Source: Eledone cirrhosa
Taxonomy: Eukaryota
Direction: 5' to 3'
Assembly: GCA_964016885.1 (NCBI GenBank)
Contig: OZ024744.1
Location: 39,680,001-39,744,000 of the forward strand
DNA length: 64,000 nt
Shown: positions 38,415 to 51,740 of the stretch, piece after piece
Layout: each line of letters begins with the position of its first letter
How positions within the stretch are numbered: the first letter of the stretch is position 1
Position numbers and translations under genes: made by a program
The notes under the pieces: model-generated
Told to the model about the DNA's origin: nothing
The model's input: the letters and a program-made list of their open reading frames with translations, nothing else
Database searches by the model: none

Positions 38415-39723
38415 ATGTGACTGTAAATTGGCAAGATTGTTAAAATGTAAGATAGAATTTTTTGCTGTATTTCTTCCAGCTCTATTTTCACATCCTGCCA
38501 ATGTCGATAAAAAAGGTATCAGTCCAATACTGGGGTTATTCTTCCTCTATATCACTTTCCCACTTCTTCTGTTTCTCTCTCTCATGTACACACACACATG
38601 CATGTGATAGGTTTTTGCACAGTTTTCATTTACCAAATTTCATTCACAAGTCATTGGCCTACCAAAAATCTATATTGTAGAAGACACTCGCCCAAGGTGC
38701 CATGCATTGGAACCAAACCACAAACCACATAGTTCCAAATCAAACCACCATGCCTGTGCATTATAGAGAGGGATTAGAAGAAAGATTTTTAAAGGTATTT
38801 AAGCATGGAACATTTAAAGTGTTTTTTGGTGGGGGGATCTAGACTCATCAGGCTGGAACTAATCCTGGTTTCATTAAGTGACTCTGAGTCTGAGATTCCA
38901 TTCCTGGATTGGGACTAGGCCATCACAAGGTTAATCTCAAATGCTGCTGGTGGTGTTCATGGTCATGGTGATGGTGGCAATCATTTTTCAGCTGAATAAT
39001 CTGGAGCAGCATGAAATGAAGTGTCTTGCTCAAGGACACAACAAGCTAAACACAGTTTGGGAATTGAACCTGCTACCTTATGCTTGTGAGCCCAACACCT
39101 CAATCTTTCTGCAATATGTCTTCCCATAGAACATAGAACATACAGGAATATAATTGAAAATACAGTATTTTGTCCACTGCTGCAATAATGTTATGATTAT
39201 AATTGCATTATTTCCTAACACAAGAACACATCTTCCTTTGTAGTTATCTTTATTTGGTTATTTTGTGCAGAATACAAACAGTTAGTGCAGATATGTACCA
39301 GTCTATGAGGGTGAATTGGTTGCTTTGTTGTATTTGTTTCGGCGCTTAACATTCCAAGTTCAAATACCATCGTTATAGACTTAATATGTTTAAGACAAGC
39401 ACATGATCATTGGATGCTTTTAGCCTATTTATTACAATATTTCTCTTGAAAGACATTGATAAGGAGTGAAATGGATGTAGTCAAATAAATAGGCACATTA
39501 AATAATTGTTTCTACTTTAGGCACAAAGCCAGCAATTACCCAGTGCATTACTGGTACTTTATTTTATCGACCCTGTAAGGATGAAAGGCAAAGTCAACCT
39601 TTAAATAATGATTCCTATTTCAGGCACAAGGCCAACAATTTGATGGGAAGGGAAAGGCTATTATATTGACCTCAGTACTTGACTATTACTCTATTTTATT
39701 GACCCAGAAGGATGATATATATA

Positions 39724-40361
39724 TGTAGCGAGATCTGTCCATGCCTTGAACCTTGGGTGACACCTAAAGGTCAAGTTCTAGGTCACCACCCTTTTGGTGT
39801 GAACAGGTTCATGCTTTGGCTATCTCCTCAAGGTAGGAAACAGGAAGCGACAGGTATATAAAGCCTGTATCATCTCACGTTTATACAGAAAGATCGGAGC
39901 ATTACGCTAGTAACTAACTATGTAAAGATTCACCGCTACCTTCAGGCCCTGGAGGTCTACAGAAATACTGAGTGATTGGAGCCCTACTACTACAGACCCG
40001 CTATGTGAAAGATTCACCGCTATGTACAAGCCACAATGGTCTACAATCAATTACAGACCATTACTCTCTCTCACTCACTATGGTCTCAGACTCACGACAA
40101 GAACTACTATGACGACTGCAACAAACTTTAACCACCAACAAATTCTATCTGCTCGCTCGCTGTAATCACATCAACAACAAAATAACATTGTCAACCTTCG
40201 CAACTCGTGGTAAGATGTTTATTCTTCTTTTTGACTCAAGTGAAGTAAACCATATATAAACCAAATCATTTATTTTTGTTATTTCAACAATAACCATGTT
40301 ATAATCATTTCTAATAACCACATATAACCATCTAAAATTATTAAAAATACCCTTCGTTAAA
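39724..40361 (+). mobile_element. Possible solo LTR inserted in TA repeats
   Basis: Starts TGTAGCGAG and ends CTTCGTTAAA (degenerate inverted terminus); TATATAAA at ~39855; ATTAAA near the end; TA runs on both sides. Confidence 0.4.
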
Positions 40362-40769
40362 TATATATATATAATAATAAAGAGTAGGGACCCAGACGGC
40401 TGAGCTCTTGCCATTTCAACAGCTAGTTCCAGAGCTCAGCTGTTGGGGTCCCGACTCTTTATAATATAACTGTACTCTACTACCCCAAATATTGAGGGTC
40501 TGTTGAGTAATAGTCTAGCCAGTTTCAAACTGAATCCATCCTGATAAAATAAATAGGTACATTAAATAATGATTTCTATTTCAGGCACAAGGCCAGCAAT
40601 TTGACGGAAAGGGAAAAGCATTCATCATCATCATCATCGATTAACGTCCATCTTCCACACTTGCATGGGTTAGACAGGTCCTATTTTGAGGCAAGTTGTG
40701 TCTCGCTCATATAGGGGGTATTTCTGGCTGGTTTTCTATCGCTGAATGCCCTTTCTAATGCCATATATA

Positions 40770-41345
40770 TCATCATCATCATCATCATTTTGTGTCCGCC
40801 TTTCCCTGCTTGTAAGGGTGGGACGGGAACTGATTCTGGCTTGATTTCTACAGCTGGATGCCCTTCCTAACACCAACCTCATTTACAGTGAGTGCTGGGT
40901 GCTTTTTTTTTTCCGTGGCGCCTATACGTCCACTTTACAGTGTGGGCTGGGTGCCTTGTTTTTGGCCGTGGCACCTCCACGACCACTTTACAGTGGAATG
41001 ATAGGGACCCCAGTCCCTATCATCTCATTTCTACAGCTGAGTAAACTGGAGCAATGTGAAATAAAGTGTCTTGCTCAAGGAAACAATACATCACCCGGTC
41101 TGAGAATTAAACTCACAACCTTTCGATTGCAAGGCCAATGCTCTAACCACTAAGCTATGTGAATTGGCAGTATCGGTAGAGGGTTGGACGCCATGCTTTG
41201 ATGCATAGAGTTACGGCCCTTGACATTCTGAGTTCAAATCCCGCCAAGGTTAACTTTGCCTTTCATCCTTACGGGGTCGATAAAATAAAGTACCAGTAAT
41301 GCACTGGGATAATTGCTGGCCTTGTGCCAAAAGTAGAAACAATTA
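40770..41345. mobile_element. Type-1 SINE (-) abutting a type-2 SINE (+) head-to-head at ~41160
   Basis: Both families recognised by identity to other copies in the window. Confidence 0.85.
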
Positions 41346-41957
41346 TTAGCACACATCTTCTGCTTTCAGCCTAAAGTAGGATCTCCTGAAACAGATTTAT
41401 CAATCTGTGGATACAGATATTTATGTCTAAAAAAAAAAATATATATATATATATTAGGATCAAACATTTCCTTTAAAAAATAGAAAGATATAACAACCGC
41501 AAAATGTGAAAACATTCACTTGAGTTATAGTGAAATGTAAGCACATGGAATAAAAGAGATCTAATTACTTAATTAAGTGAATAACTAATTTGTGCTATGA
41601 AAAAATCAGGAAGCTAATTTGATTTTTAAATTAGGTGAATATTTTATTTGTACCATGTATAGAAGTAAAGATGCTGAGGGTATTAATAATATTGCTAAAG
41701 CAGAAATTATTTGCTTAAACCTTTAATCTGTGCTAATAATATATTATTTGCTCTATGGGTTTATATATACTATATCATCATCGTCACTGTTTAATGTCTT
41801 ATTTTCCATGCTTGCATCGGTCAGACTAGTCATCCACGTTATGAGGTATGTCTGGCCAGTTGCTCAAATGGAACTGTATTTTGGCCATTTTTTTTTACAG
41901 CTGGAAGCCCTACCTAATAGCAACCACATTTACAGTGTGGCACTGGGTAGTTACATT

Positions 41958-42450
41958 ATGAGGAGGGTCTCTCAAACAGAACTGTAGGACAGGGACAAGA
42001 ACAAGGATGGGAGCCAGATGGAGTCGTGAGAGACGAAGGGAAGGAACTACGAACCAGGAGGTCGCGGAGATTACGGGCACGCTTAAACGTGGTGATAGGT
42101 GGGTTTGTAAAAAAATGAGAAGTGACAGGATCAGAAGTGAGGCTGCGGAAGAAATGGAGAATATGTTGGCGGAGAGGTAGGGTGATGGGGTGGTAGGTGA
42201 GAGGAAAAGGAAAGCGGGTGTTGGGAGGGCGGTGCTGGGATGAGAGGGCTGTGGTACAGATGGTTTCATGAGTGCAGGTGAAGGTAGCTTGGATCAGGGT
42301 GGGGGGATATCCACACTTGATAAAGTGGGAGGCCATGTGAAGGGGCTGGCTACAGAGCCAATGAAGACAGGATTAAGGACTAGTGCCTGAAACGTTAAGA
42401 CCCTCTTCCTGCTATTTCAAGTGTTAAACTAATATATTCCTTCCATATAC
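41958..42450 (-). mobile_element. Penelope-like element fragment
   Basis: HFIKCGYPPTLI...PLTYHP...NPPITTFKRARNLRDLLVRS (thumb/linker region between RT and GIY-YIG). Confidence 0.8.
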
Positions 42451-42569
42451 TGTACCGTTTGTGTTGTTATATTTATTTACCTTTTACATACATATATATA
42501 TATATACCTACGTCCCCAATTTCCCAAAGCCTCTTCCACACCCCTCCCAAGTTTACAAACTCCCCTATA

Positions 42570-42872
42570 AAGTGATCCCCTCTGGTGCCACAACAAAAGG
42601 GCCCATCCCTCACTATAGTGGTCATGTAGGTGTCATGACAAAAGTGAGTGCCCAGTCCACATTGTAAAGTGGTCGTGTAGGCAACATCGCAAAAAGCACC
42701 CAGCACACACTGTAAATGTGGTTGGCATTAGGAAGGGCATCCAGCCATAGAAACCTAGCCAAAATCAGTTTTGCATGAGCGAATCACAGTCCCCCGACTT
42801 GTTCCCTCACAAAGGGATGGCCTGTCCTTCCCATACTACCGTGGACGATGGATGATAAACGATGATGATGAT
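42570..42872 (+). mobile_element. RTE-type 3' tail fragment
   Basis: GGTTGGCATTAGGAAGGGCATCCAG motif and (GAT)n tail; similar to ~6650-6980. Confidence 0.7.
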
Positions 42873-42903
42873 ATATATATATATATCATCGTCATCATAT
42901 ATA

Positions 42904-45900
42904 TCATCATCATCATCATCACCGTTTTACATCCGTTCTTCCATGCTAGCATGGGTTAGACGGGTTGTCTTGTTGTGGGCAGTGTCTGGTCGGCTGACCA
43001 TACCTTGCTCATACAAGAAACTGATTTTGGCTTGATTTCTAACACCAACCTCATTTACAGTGAGTGCTGGGTGCTTTTTCCGTGGCACCTACACATGCAC
43101 TTTACAGTGTGGCCTGGTGCTTTTTTGCCGTGGCACCTCCACGACCACTTTGCAGTGGGAGGGTGTGGGGGCATATTGTCTATATGCTTCAGCTTGTACC
43201 CATGGGAAGTCGGGTACTCTGTATTAGTGCGTGATGCCAGAGGTCACGGTCGTGTGTCATCGCCTTTGAGAGGTGCAACTGGGTAAGGTCGACCCCTATC
43301 ACCTCATCCCAGGTCTTCTTGGGTCTCCCCACTCCGCGGTTTCCATTGACTTCTAGTGCTCTGCACCTTTTTATGCAGCTGTCATCCTTCATACGCATTA
43401 CATGTCCATACCAATGCATCCGCCTCTCCTGCACACAGCATTTGATTCCTCTTATGCTCAGTCTCTCTCTCAATTCATTTATGCTTTGCCGTTCACGTAT
43501 ATTACTATTACACATCCATCGGAGCATGCAGGCTTCGTTTCTTTCTAATCTACGTAAGTCTTCCACCTTCAGTGCCCAGGTCTCACTACCATGTAACATT
43601 GCTGTTCGGATACACGCATCATACAGTCTGCCTTTCATTTTGAGGGAGAAGCCTTTTGCAGCTAGCAGTGGCAGTAGTTCCCTGAACTTCTTCCATCCCG
43701 TTCTTACCCTAGTTATTGTACTTTCTGAACACCCACCTCCGCTGCTAATTCGGTCACCTAGGTAGCAGAAGCTGTCTACTGTTTCTACAGAGCCCTCTCA
43801 GAGATGGGTGGTACTTGTTTCCTGTGGCTGTTTGCTGCTTGCTGTCCCAGCACAGCTGCTGCATGTGAAGCCAACATTCTTAATTAAGCTTCCTGAGATC
43901 CCGCTACATCTCTTGTGTACCCATTGTTTGCATTTGGGGCAGAGAATGGAGTTCCTACCTACACCTTTCCTACATACTGAGCAAGGCCATTTCCCTGAGG
44001 GGATTTGGGTTCTGTTTTCTCGTCTACTTACAAGGACCTTAGTCTTTGTCATGTTGACTTTGAGACCCTTTCTTTCTAGTCCCTGCTTCCAAGTTTGGAA
44101 TTTCTTCTCTAGTTCTACCAGAGATTCAGCTATAAGTGCGAGGTCATCAGCATAGAGGAGTTCCCATGGGCATCCGGTCTTAAACTCCTCCGTTATTGCC
44201 TGCAGGACTATGATGAACAGGAGGGGGCTAAGAACAGAGCCCTGGTGGACACCAACCTGTACGCTAAATTCCTCGCTATACTCATTGCTAATCCTAACTT
44301 TGCTGACTGCTCCACTATACATGGCTTGTACAGCTTTCACAAGCCATTTAGCTACTCCTAGTTTTCTAAGAGCCCACCAGATTACAGCAGGTGGAACTCT
44401 GTCAAAGGCTTTCTCGAGATCGACGAATGCCAGGTAGAGTGGCTCACTTTTAGCTAGGTACTTTTCCTGTAACTGCCTCACAAGGAAGAGGGCATCAGTG
44501 ATGCCTCTTCCTGGTACAAACCCAAATTGCATCTCATCTAGTTTCACCCGGTCCCTAATCAACTGTGCTATAAGTCTTTCTGTTACTTTCATGACCTGGT
44601 CCATCAGCTTTATACCTCTATAGTTTCCTCTATCTAGTGCATCACCTTTACCTTTGTAGCAGTTGACAATGATGCTACTGCACCAATCTTTTGGTATGAC
44701 ACCTTCTAGTATTACCTGGTTAACAATACGTGTGGTTATAGTGTGACCTACAGACCCAGATGCCTTCAGCATCTCGGCAGCTATATCCGATGGACCGGTT
44801 GCCTTCCCCATCTTCATATCTTTGATTGCCTTGCTTACTACGCTGCTGCTGACTTGTACTGCTGGCCTCTCTATAGGGTCTACTTGGGGTAGGGTCTCTT
44901 CTTCCCATGCATTCTCCTCATTTAGTAATCTATCATAATGGCTCTTCCATGCATCTTTCTTCTCAGCACTTGTGAGGGCAAGCTCACCTTTATCATTCCG
45001 GATACACTTCTCTCCAATGACATCACAATTCTCTCTGACACACTGCCTCGCAATCTTGAACACTCCTGTTTCTAGTCCTCACGTTGCAAAACATGCTTGA
45101 ATTTTCTATCCTCTGCTTCCCTCCTAGCTAAGTATACTTGTCGCCTAGCTTCCCTCTTGGTCTTTATGTAATGTACCCTGCTCCCCCCGTTCTTTCCATG
45201 CCTGTCTCTTGGCCTTAACTGCCTCATCTAAATAATAATAATGAAATTATTGTGTAAAGTGCTCAGGTGCACTACAACTCGTCAAAGGTGTATGTATAGT
45301 ACATAGAATAATACACAAATGTTAGGGAAGTGAACAGTGTCATGTGTGTATGTGTATGGAGGAGGAACATTAGCTGTAGTGTTGGCGGATCTCGGAAAGC
45401 ATGGAGGCCTTAAAGGATGCAGTGTCTTGACAGCTAACAACTGATGCAGGTAATTTGTTCCATGCTTCAGCAACTCTGAGCGTGAAAAAGTGTTTCCGAA
45501 AGTCATGGGAACTGTGCTGTTTGCTGACATTGTGGGCATGTCCACGTGTGTTAGACACATGGAAATCAAAAAGGTACTCAGGGTTGTTGTTGGCAACATG
45601 GTTAACAATTTTGTGGGTGTTTATCAAGTCAGTTGCCAGGCGTCGGAGCTTCAATGTATCCATGCCCAGGGAAGCAAGGCGCTCAGAGTATGGTAGATGC
45701 CTGATGGAGGGTATTCGCTTGGTTGCACGTCTCTGAACAGTTTCCAGGCGGTCAATGTTCTGAGCAAGATAGGGGTTCCAGACTGGTGATGCAAATTCTA
45801 AGTGTGGTCGCACCATAGCCATGTACAGCCTTAAATAGATATCTGGAGAGCGGCTGACAAAGGTCTTGCTGAGTGACGCTAAGACACCCTTGGCCCTCTT

Positions 45901-48900
45901 GACAATTTTAGAGACGTGCTTCGTCCAATGCAAATCGCTGCTGACCGTAATGCCCAGGTCACGTTCACAAGAAGACTTCTTGATATTAGTGCTGTGGACG
46001 CTGGGTTTTTACTCCCAAAATGCATGGTGGTGCACTTGTCCACAGCTAGCTTGAGTTGCCAGTCTGAGATCCATTGTTGCATTGTGTCCAGGTCAGACTG
46101 CAAGCAAGATCTATAGTGTTCAGGATCTGTCCTTTTTATCTCAAGGTACAGCTTGATATCGTCTGCGTACATTAGTACCGTGGCATTCTTTAAGTTGGCA
46201 TCTATGTCAATATATGCCACAAACAAAAGAGGGCCAAGAACAGATCCCTGTGGTACACCAGATGACATCTCATATGGTGAGGAATGCTGTCCCAGAACCG
46301 TGACTACCTCTCTTCGACTGAGAATGAAGGACTTCAACCAGTTAAAAAGATCATCCTTCACACGCATTGCAGAGAATTTTGCCATACGCCTTTTGTGTGG
46401 CACAGAATTGAAGGCTTTCGCAAAGTCAAGGTAAACAACATCCACCCATGAGCCGCCATCAGTGATCCGGGTGATGTCCTCAAGAAACTCTATAAGTTGA
46501 TCACAGCAGCTGGAGTTGGGGATAAATCCAAATTGCGAGGGCTGGATAAGACTGTGAGAGCTCCAGAAGTTCCAAAGTGTTTCTCTGACACAGGATTCCA
46601 TCAGTTTGGCGATGCAACTAGTAAGACTGACTGGACGATAGTTCACAGGTGATATGCGGTCACCCTTTTTCAACAGAGGAATGACACTGGCAGTTTTCCA
46701 CTGTTTTGGAGTAGCACTGTTGTTCAGACAGAATTGGAAGAAGCGTGATAACTGGTGCAGAAGGAAGTACCCACCACGTTTAAGAAGCAGGTACGTAACA
46801 CCATCAAGACCAGGAGAGGCATGGTTGCGTTTATTTTTTAGGTGACGTCGCAGCATTGCAGGTGTAAATTCCATGGTTGTAATAGAGTCCGGTGTCATAG
46901 GTGGTGGAGATGGTACACTCTGGTCTTCAATAGTGAAAATGCCTGCATAGCATTCAGCAATGAGCTCTGCGCATTCGTTGGGGTCGTCAGTAACATGGCT
47001 TGTGTGGGGATTGTGAAGAGGACCAACTAGAGAGTGAGGCCTCTGCTTTGAGTGAACATATTTCCAGAACACCTTACTGTCAGGGCTGGTTGCTATGCAC
47101 TGCTCAAATTGAAGCACTGCCTTTTTTGTCACCTGTTTGAGGTGGTTGGACGATGTATTTCACCTCTTCCTATTAATGTCTGATTTGTGAAGTTTGTTCA
47201 GCATTGCGCCATTCTTTTCTGGCAAGACGGACTGCTGCAGTCTCCCAAATTGCACTTTTGGGATGTTTTTCTGCTTACGTGGCACCGATACTGCACATGC
47301 TGTCCATATTGAGCTCAGGATGTTCTGGAGTACAGTGTTGACATCTCCAGAGTCGTAGAACTCAAGCCAGTTTGGCCGTTGCAACTCGGTGCAGTAACAG
47401 TTCCAGTCTGCTTTATTCCAGTCAAAGTGAGCAGCTTGGAGATGGTTGTGGTTCTTGTTACTGCCCATGAGGGATAGATTGGCAATAATCATAGCATGAT
47501 CAGAGTCAACTAAAAGTTCCTCAGCATGAACACTAATGACAGTTTCAGGAGTAGTGGTGAAGAGTAGGTCCAAAGTGTTGCCACCTCTTGTTGGGAAGGT
47601 GACCACCTGGGACCAGCTCGAGTCCAGCACTAGCTCAAGGAAGTCATTTGCACTTGGCAGCCAACGAAAGGTTTCCCAGTCAATCTCAGGGTGATTGAAG
47701 TCTCCTGCAATGAAAACATAAGTGGCTGTCTTTCTGGCAGCAGCTCTGAGGATATCACAAAGTTGAGTGTCCTGATGGTAATTTGGGGGACGGTAAATGA
47801 CTCCAAGTAGCAGTGTTGACATGGTCATACGTATATGCTGTGATTGGTTCAAATCAGCACAAGGAATTGCCGACAGATTTGATCGAACGTAGACCATTAC
47901 ACCACCACCACGATGATTAATGCGGTCTTTACGAAACAGGTTGTAGCCAGTCATGCTGAAAACCCCATCACAGAGTAAGGGATGTGCCAAAGTTTCCGTG
48001 ACTGTAATGAAGTCAGGGTTGATACTTTTGACATAGGAGTCAAAAAGATGAATCTTATTGCATAGACTACGTGCATTCAAGGACAACAATTTGTACCTTG
48101 ATTCCAGTCTATGATTATGTGCATGGGGATGGCAGGTTGTTCTGATTTAGTTTCCCAGAGTTTTTTCAGTTTCTTTATTGTCAGTTGTTGTGGGTACAGT
48201 GTTTTCAGACCAGCTGGTGTCTCTTTTCCATGTTTCGCCAGCCTTAACAAACTTCCATATCTGCCCATCATCTCGTAGGCTGAAGCTTTCATGTTCTGCC
48301 GAGCTGCGGTTTAAGGAAGCTGCAGCACATCTACCTTATTGTTCCACCACCAAGTCACTCTCCTCCTGCTTGTGGTCTTACTCCAGCCACAGACCTCATC
48401 CGTCGCCTCTAGTAAGTTATTTTTTAGGAACTCCCAGTGCTCTTCTACATTGAATATCCCTATCTGTTCTTCTTTACTGTCGTAGGCATTGAGTAAAATA
48501 TCTTTAAATCTGTTACTGGCTGAGGACTCTTTCAACTTCCAGATCTTTCTTCTCCAGGTTAGCTTCTGTTTCCAGGTTCGTCTAGTTCTGACAGTGAGGT
48601 CACTGACAACTAAGCTATGTTGGGAGGTACATTCCTCACTAGGGTAGGCTTTTGTGTTTACAACCGTCCATCTGTCACGTCCTCTGATGAGGATAAAATC
48701 TATCTGACTAGAATGCTCCCCTGATCTATAGTTGATCAGGTGGTTGTCGGGTTTTTTGAAGTTTGTGTTACATATCGACATGTCATTGGCGTTGCAGAAT
48801 TCTAGAAGTCTGAATCCTTCTTCATTTCTTGTGCCAACCCCGTGGCCTCCATGGACTCTATTGAAGCCGTCACAGTGTTTACCTACGTGTCCGTTAAAAT

Positions 48901-49740
48901 CTCCTGCGATGATTAGGAAGTCATTGTCGTTTGTTAGAACAGTAGTGTGCATTAGGGACTCGTAAAATCTATCCTTAAGTTTGTTTGGCAACCCGATTGG
49001 GGTGTGAAAGCTGATATTATTGTGGTAATTGTTTTATTCAGGATTAGTCTGAGTTTAATGATTCTTGCATTTACCCTGTACACTGAGATTACTTTATCTA
49101 CCCACTTGTCAGCTAGTAGTATACCTACACCACCCATCCCATCGTCATTTCCCACCCAGAAAAATTTGTAGCACTGACTTTTTCCTACAAGGACTCTAGC
49201 AGACTTTCCTCTCCATCTAGTCTCTTGCACACAGCATACATCAATTTCCTTTTGCTCTAGCATTTCTACGATTTTTCCTGCTCTTCCTTTCATTGTGCTT
49301 ACATTGATGATACCAACTCGGAGTTTTGGGCATTTGTCGGCACTTGTAGGGAAGGGTCGATTTTTGCAGGGGTGTGTGTGTGCTTCCTCTCTCTGGATTG
49401 GGGCTTCACATGGGTGCTTGGTAGCTCGCGGATTCATATTCATTTCATCTATTAATTCAGAGTTGCTCCAATTTATTCTCAGCTCATCCATACATAACGG
49501 TAGGAAAATTCAGGGCTAGAAGCACAGTGGTGGTGGTGGTAATAATGGCAGGGTGTGTTGGGCTGGGACGGGGGAGGAGAGAGTTAGGTAGTAGTAGTAG
49601 TAGAAGAAATGGCATGCTGAGGTTTGATTGGTCGAATAGGCTATGGTGGTGGGAAGGAAATTGTGAGGTAGGCAGCCAGTCATGGCTATCAAAATAACCG
49701 ATAGAAGTGAATACAGCATGGCAAGATAACCGATAGAAAT
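42904..49740 (-). mobile_element. RTE family B, full length but frameshifted and split by a CR1-group LINE
   Basis: ORFs 48952-49491 and 48311-48991 (APE), 43798-45063 (RT+PHD), 43189-43638; (TCA)n tail; 5' boundary uncertain (may extend to 50920). Confidence 0.93.
45231..48327 (-). mobile_element. CR1-group LINE (ORF1 tail + APE-RT ORF2, frameshifted) inserted in RTE-B
   Basis: [54 protein letters not shown]; (TTA)n tail; TSD CATCTA at 45225-45230 and 48328-48333. Confidence 0.95.
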
Positions 49741-49760
49741 GAATACAGCTACAATAATAA

Positions 49761-49947
49761 TTGTTTCTACTTTTGGCACAAGGCCAGCAATTACCCAGTG
49801 TATTACTGGTACTTTATTTTATTGTCCCCCGTTAGGATGAAAGGCAAAGTTAAGCTCGACAGGATTTGAACTCAGAATGGCATGGGCCGTAACTCTATGC
49901 GTCAAAGCATGGCGTCCGACCCTCTACCGATACTGCCAATCCACCAC
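49761..49947 (-). mobile_element. Type-2 SINE
   Basis: 19-bp TSD AATACAGCTACAATAATAA at 49742-49760 and 49948-49966. Confidence 0.9.
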
Positions 49948-50411
49948 AATACAGCTACAATAATAACAATAGCCAGTCATGGCCTGTAGCCTTTGATGGA
50001 AAAATAGACAGATAGAGAGGCAGCATGGTAAGAGAAAATGAGGGTAATAAAATAAATGTGTTGTGGGAGCTAGCGAAGTGATAAATACAGCAATAGTTGC
50101 GAGCAGAACATTTGCTTGGGGAAATAGGGATACCTGAGAAGATTTGTATGGATGGATGGCTGGAACGTAGCTAAACAGCTCTTAGTGATTTATTTTAGTC
50201 TTTCAGAGTAGAGTGTGTCTTATCTCTTCAATAACTTCAAGATGAGTGAGGAGGAATGGGTGTAGAGGGAAAGGGAGGTAATAGGTGGCTTAGAGATAGA
50301 TAGAGAGAGAGAGAGAGGGTAGCCATCATAGAGAGGGGGGGTAGCCATCATAGAGAGAGGGTCGCCGTCATGGCTATCAAAATAACCGATAAAATACAGC
50401 ATGGCAAAATA

Positions 50412-50806
50412 ACTGGTACTTTATTCTATCGACCCCGGAAGGATGAAAGGCAAAGTTAACCTCGGCAATAATAATTGTTTCTACATTTGGCACAAGGCCA
50501 GCAATTACCCAGTACATTACTGGTACTTTATTTTATCGACCCCGTAAGGATGAAAGGCAAAGTTAACCTCGGCGGGATTTGAACTCAGACTGTAAAGGGA
50601 CGTAACTATGCTAGAAATAATAATTGTTTCTACTTTAGGCACAAGGCCAGCAATTACCCAGTGCATTACTGGTACTTTATTTTTTATCGACCCCGTAAGG
50701 ATGAAAGGCAAAGTCAACCTCGGCGGGATTTGAACTCAGATCGTAAAGGGACGTAACTATGCTGGAAAGCATGGCGTCCGACCCCCTACCGATACTGCCA
50801 ATCCAC
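50412..50806 (-). mobile_element. Head-to-tail array of three type-2 SINE copies or fragments
   Basis: Three GTACTTTATT...GACCCC..AAGGATGAAAGGC blocks separated by (AAT)n tails. Confidence 0.88.
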
Positions 50807-50920
50807 AGCCAGTCATGGCCTGTAGCCTTTGATGGAAAAATAGACAGATAGAGAGGCAGCATGGTAAGAGAAAATGAGGGTAATAAAATAAATGTGTTGT
50901 GGGAGCTAGCGAAGTGATAA

Positions 50921-51004
<84 letters not shown>

Positions 51005-51289
51005 GCATACAAACCTTATCGAGTCATCTCTGGATTTTTATTTTTGTCTTTGTATTTATTATTACTATTATATACTCTTATATATATACTAATTTAAAGT
51101 ATCACCACATATGTAATAAATATGTATGAGGAATGTTTCTCAGCAGAATATAAGGCCTGGTATCAGGAAGAGCATCTAGCTGTAAAACTTTGCCTCAGAA
51201 TGCCCCATCCAACTCATGTGAGTGTGGAAAAGTTGATGCATTGATGATGATGTATATGTCAAGTCAATGAAGGAGACTTTGTATTTTTC

Positions 51290-51740
51290 ATTTAGTTGGT
51301 TTAGAGGAAGGAGCAGTGCTCATGACTTTGACAAAGAAAATTATCACCAAAGAGATTGATGTTGTTAATGTTCAGTTTAAACTGTTGCAGGTCTCCCCTT
51401 TGGGAAAGACATGAGTATGGAGGGAATTCCAGCAGGATGACATTCTGGGGAGGAATGATTGGGCATAATGGTTAGTGTGATGTCTAGTGGGTTGGACATG
51501 ACATAGGTGCTGTGAGGAAGAGAGACACGTGAATTAGGAGTGCATAAGTGGAAGTGACGAGACTAACAAGCGTCAAGGAGCAGAGATGATTGTAGTAACA
51601 GTAAAAGAAACAGAAGAAGGAGATAGTGTATCTGCAGGACAGAGGAATGAAATTAGTGACTTTATACAGATTAGCTAGTAACAGTAGCAAAATATTCCTC
51701 AAATCACACATTACCTTCTCAAAACAAGAAGTACACATTT
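51290..51740 (-). mobile_element. Old jockey/CR1-group LINE 3' fragment
   Basis: FFYCYYNHLCS... and NHYAQSFLPRMSSCWNSL remnants. Confidence 0.55.
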
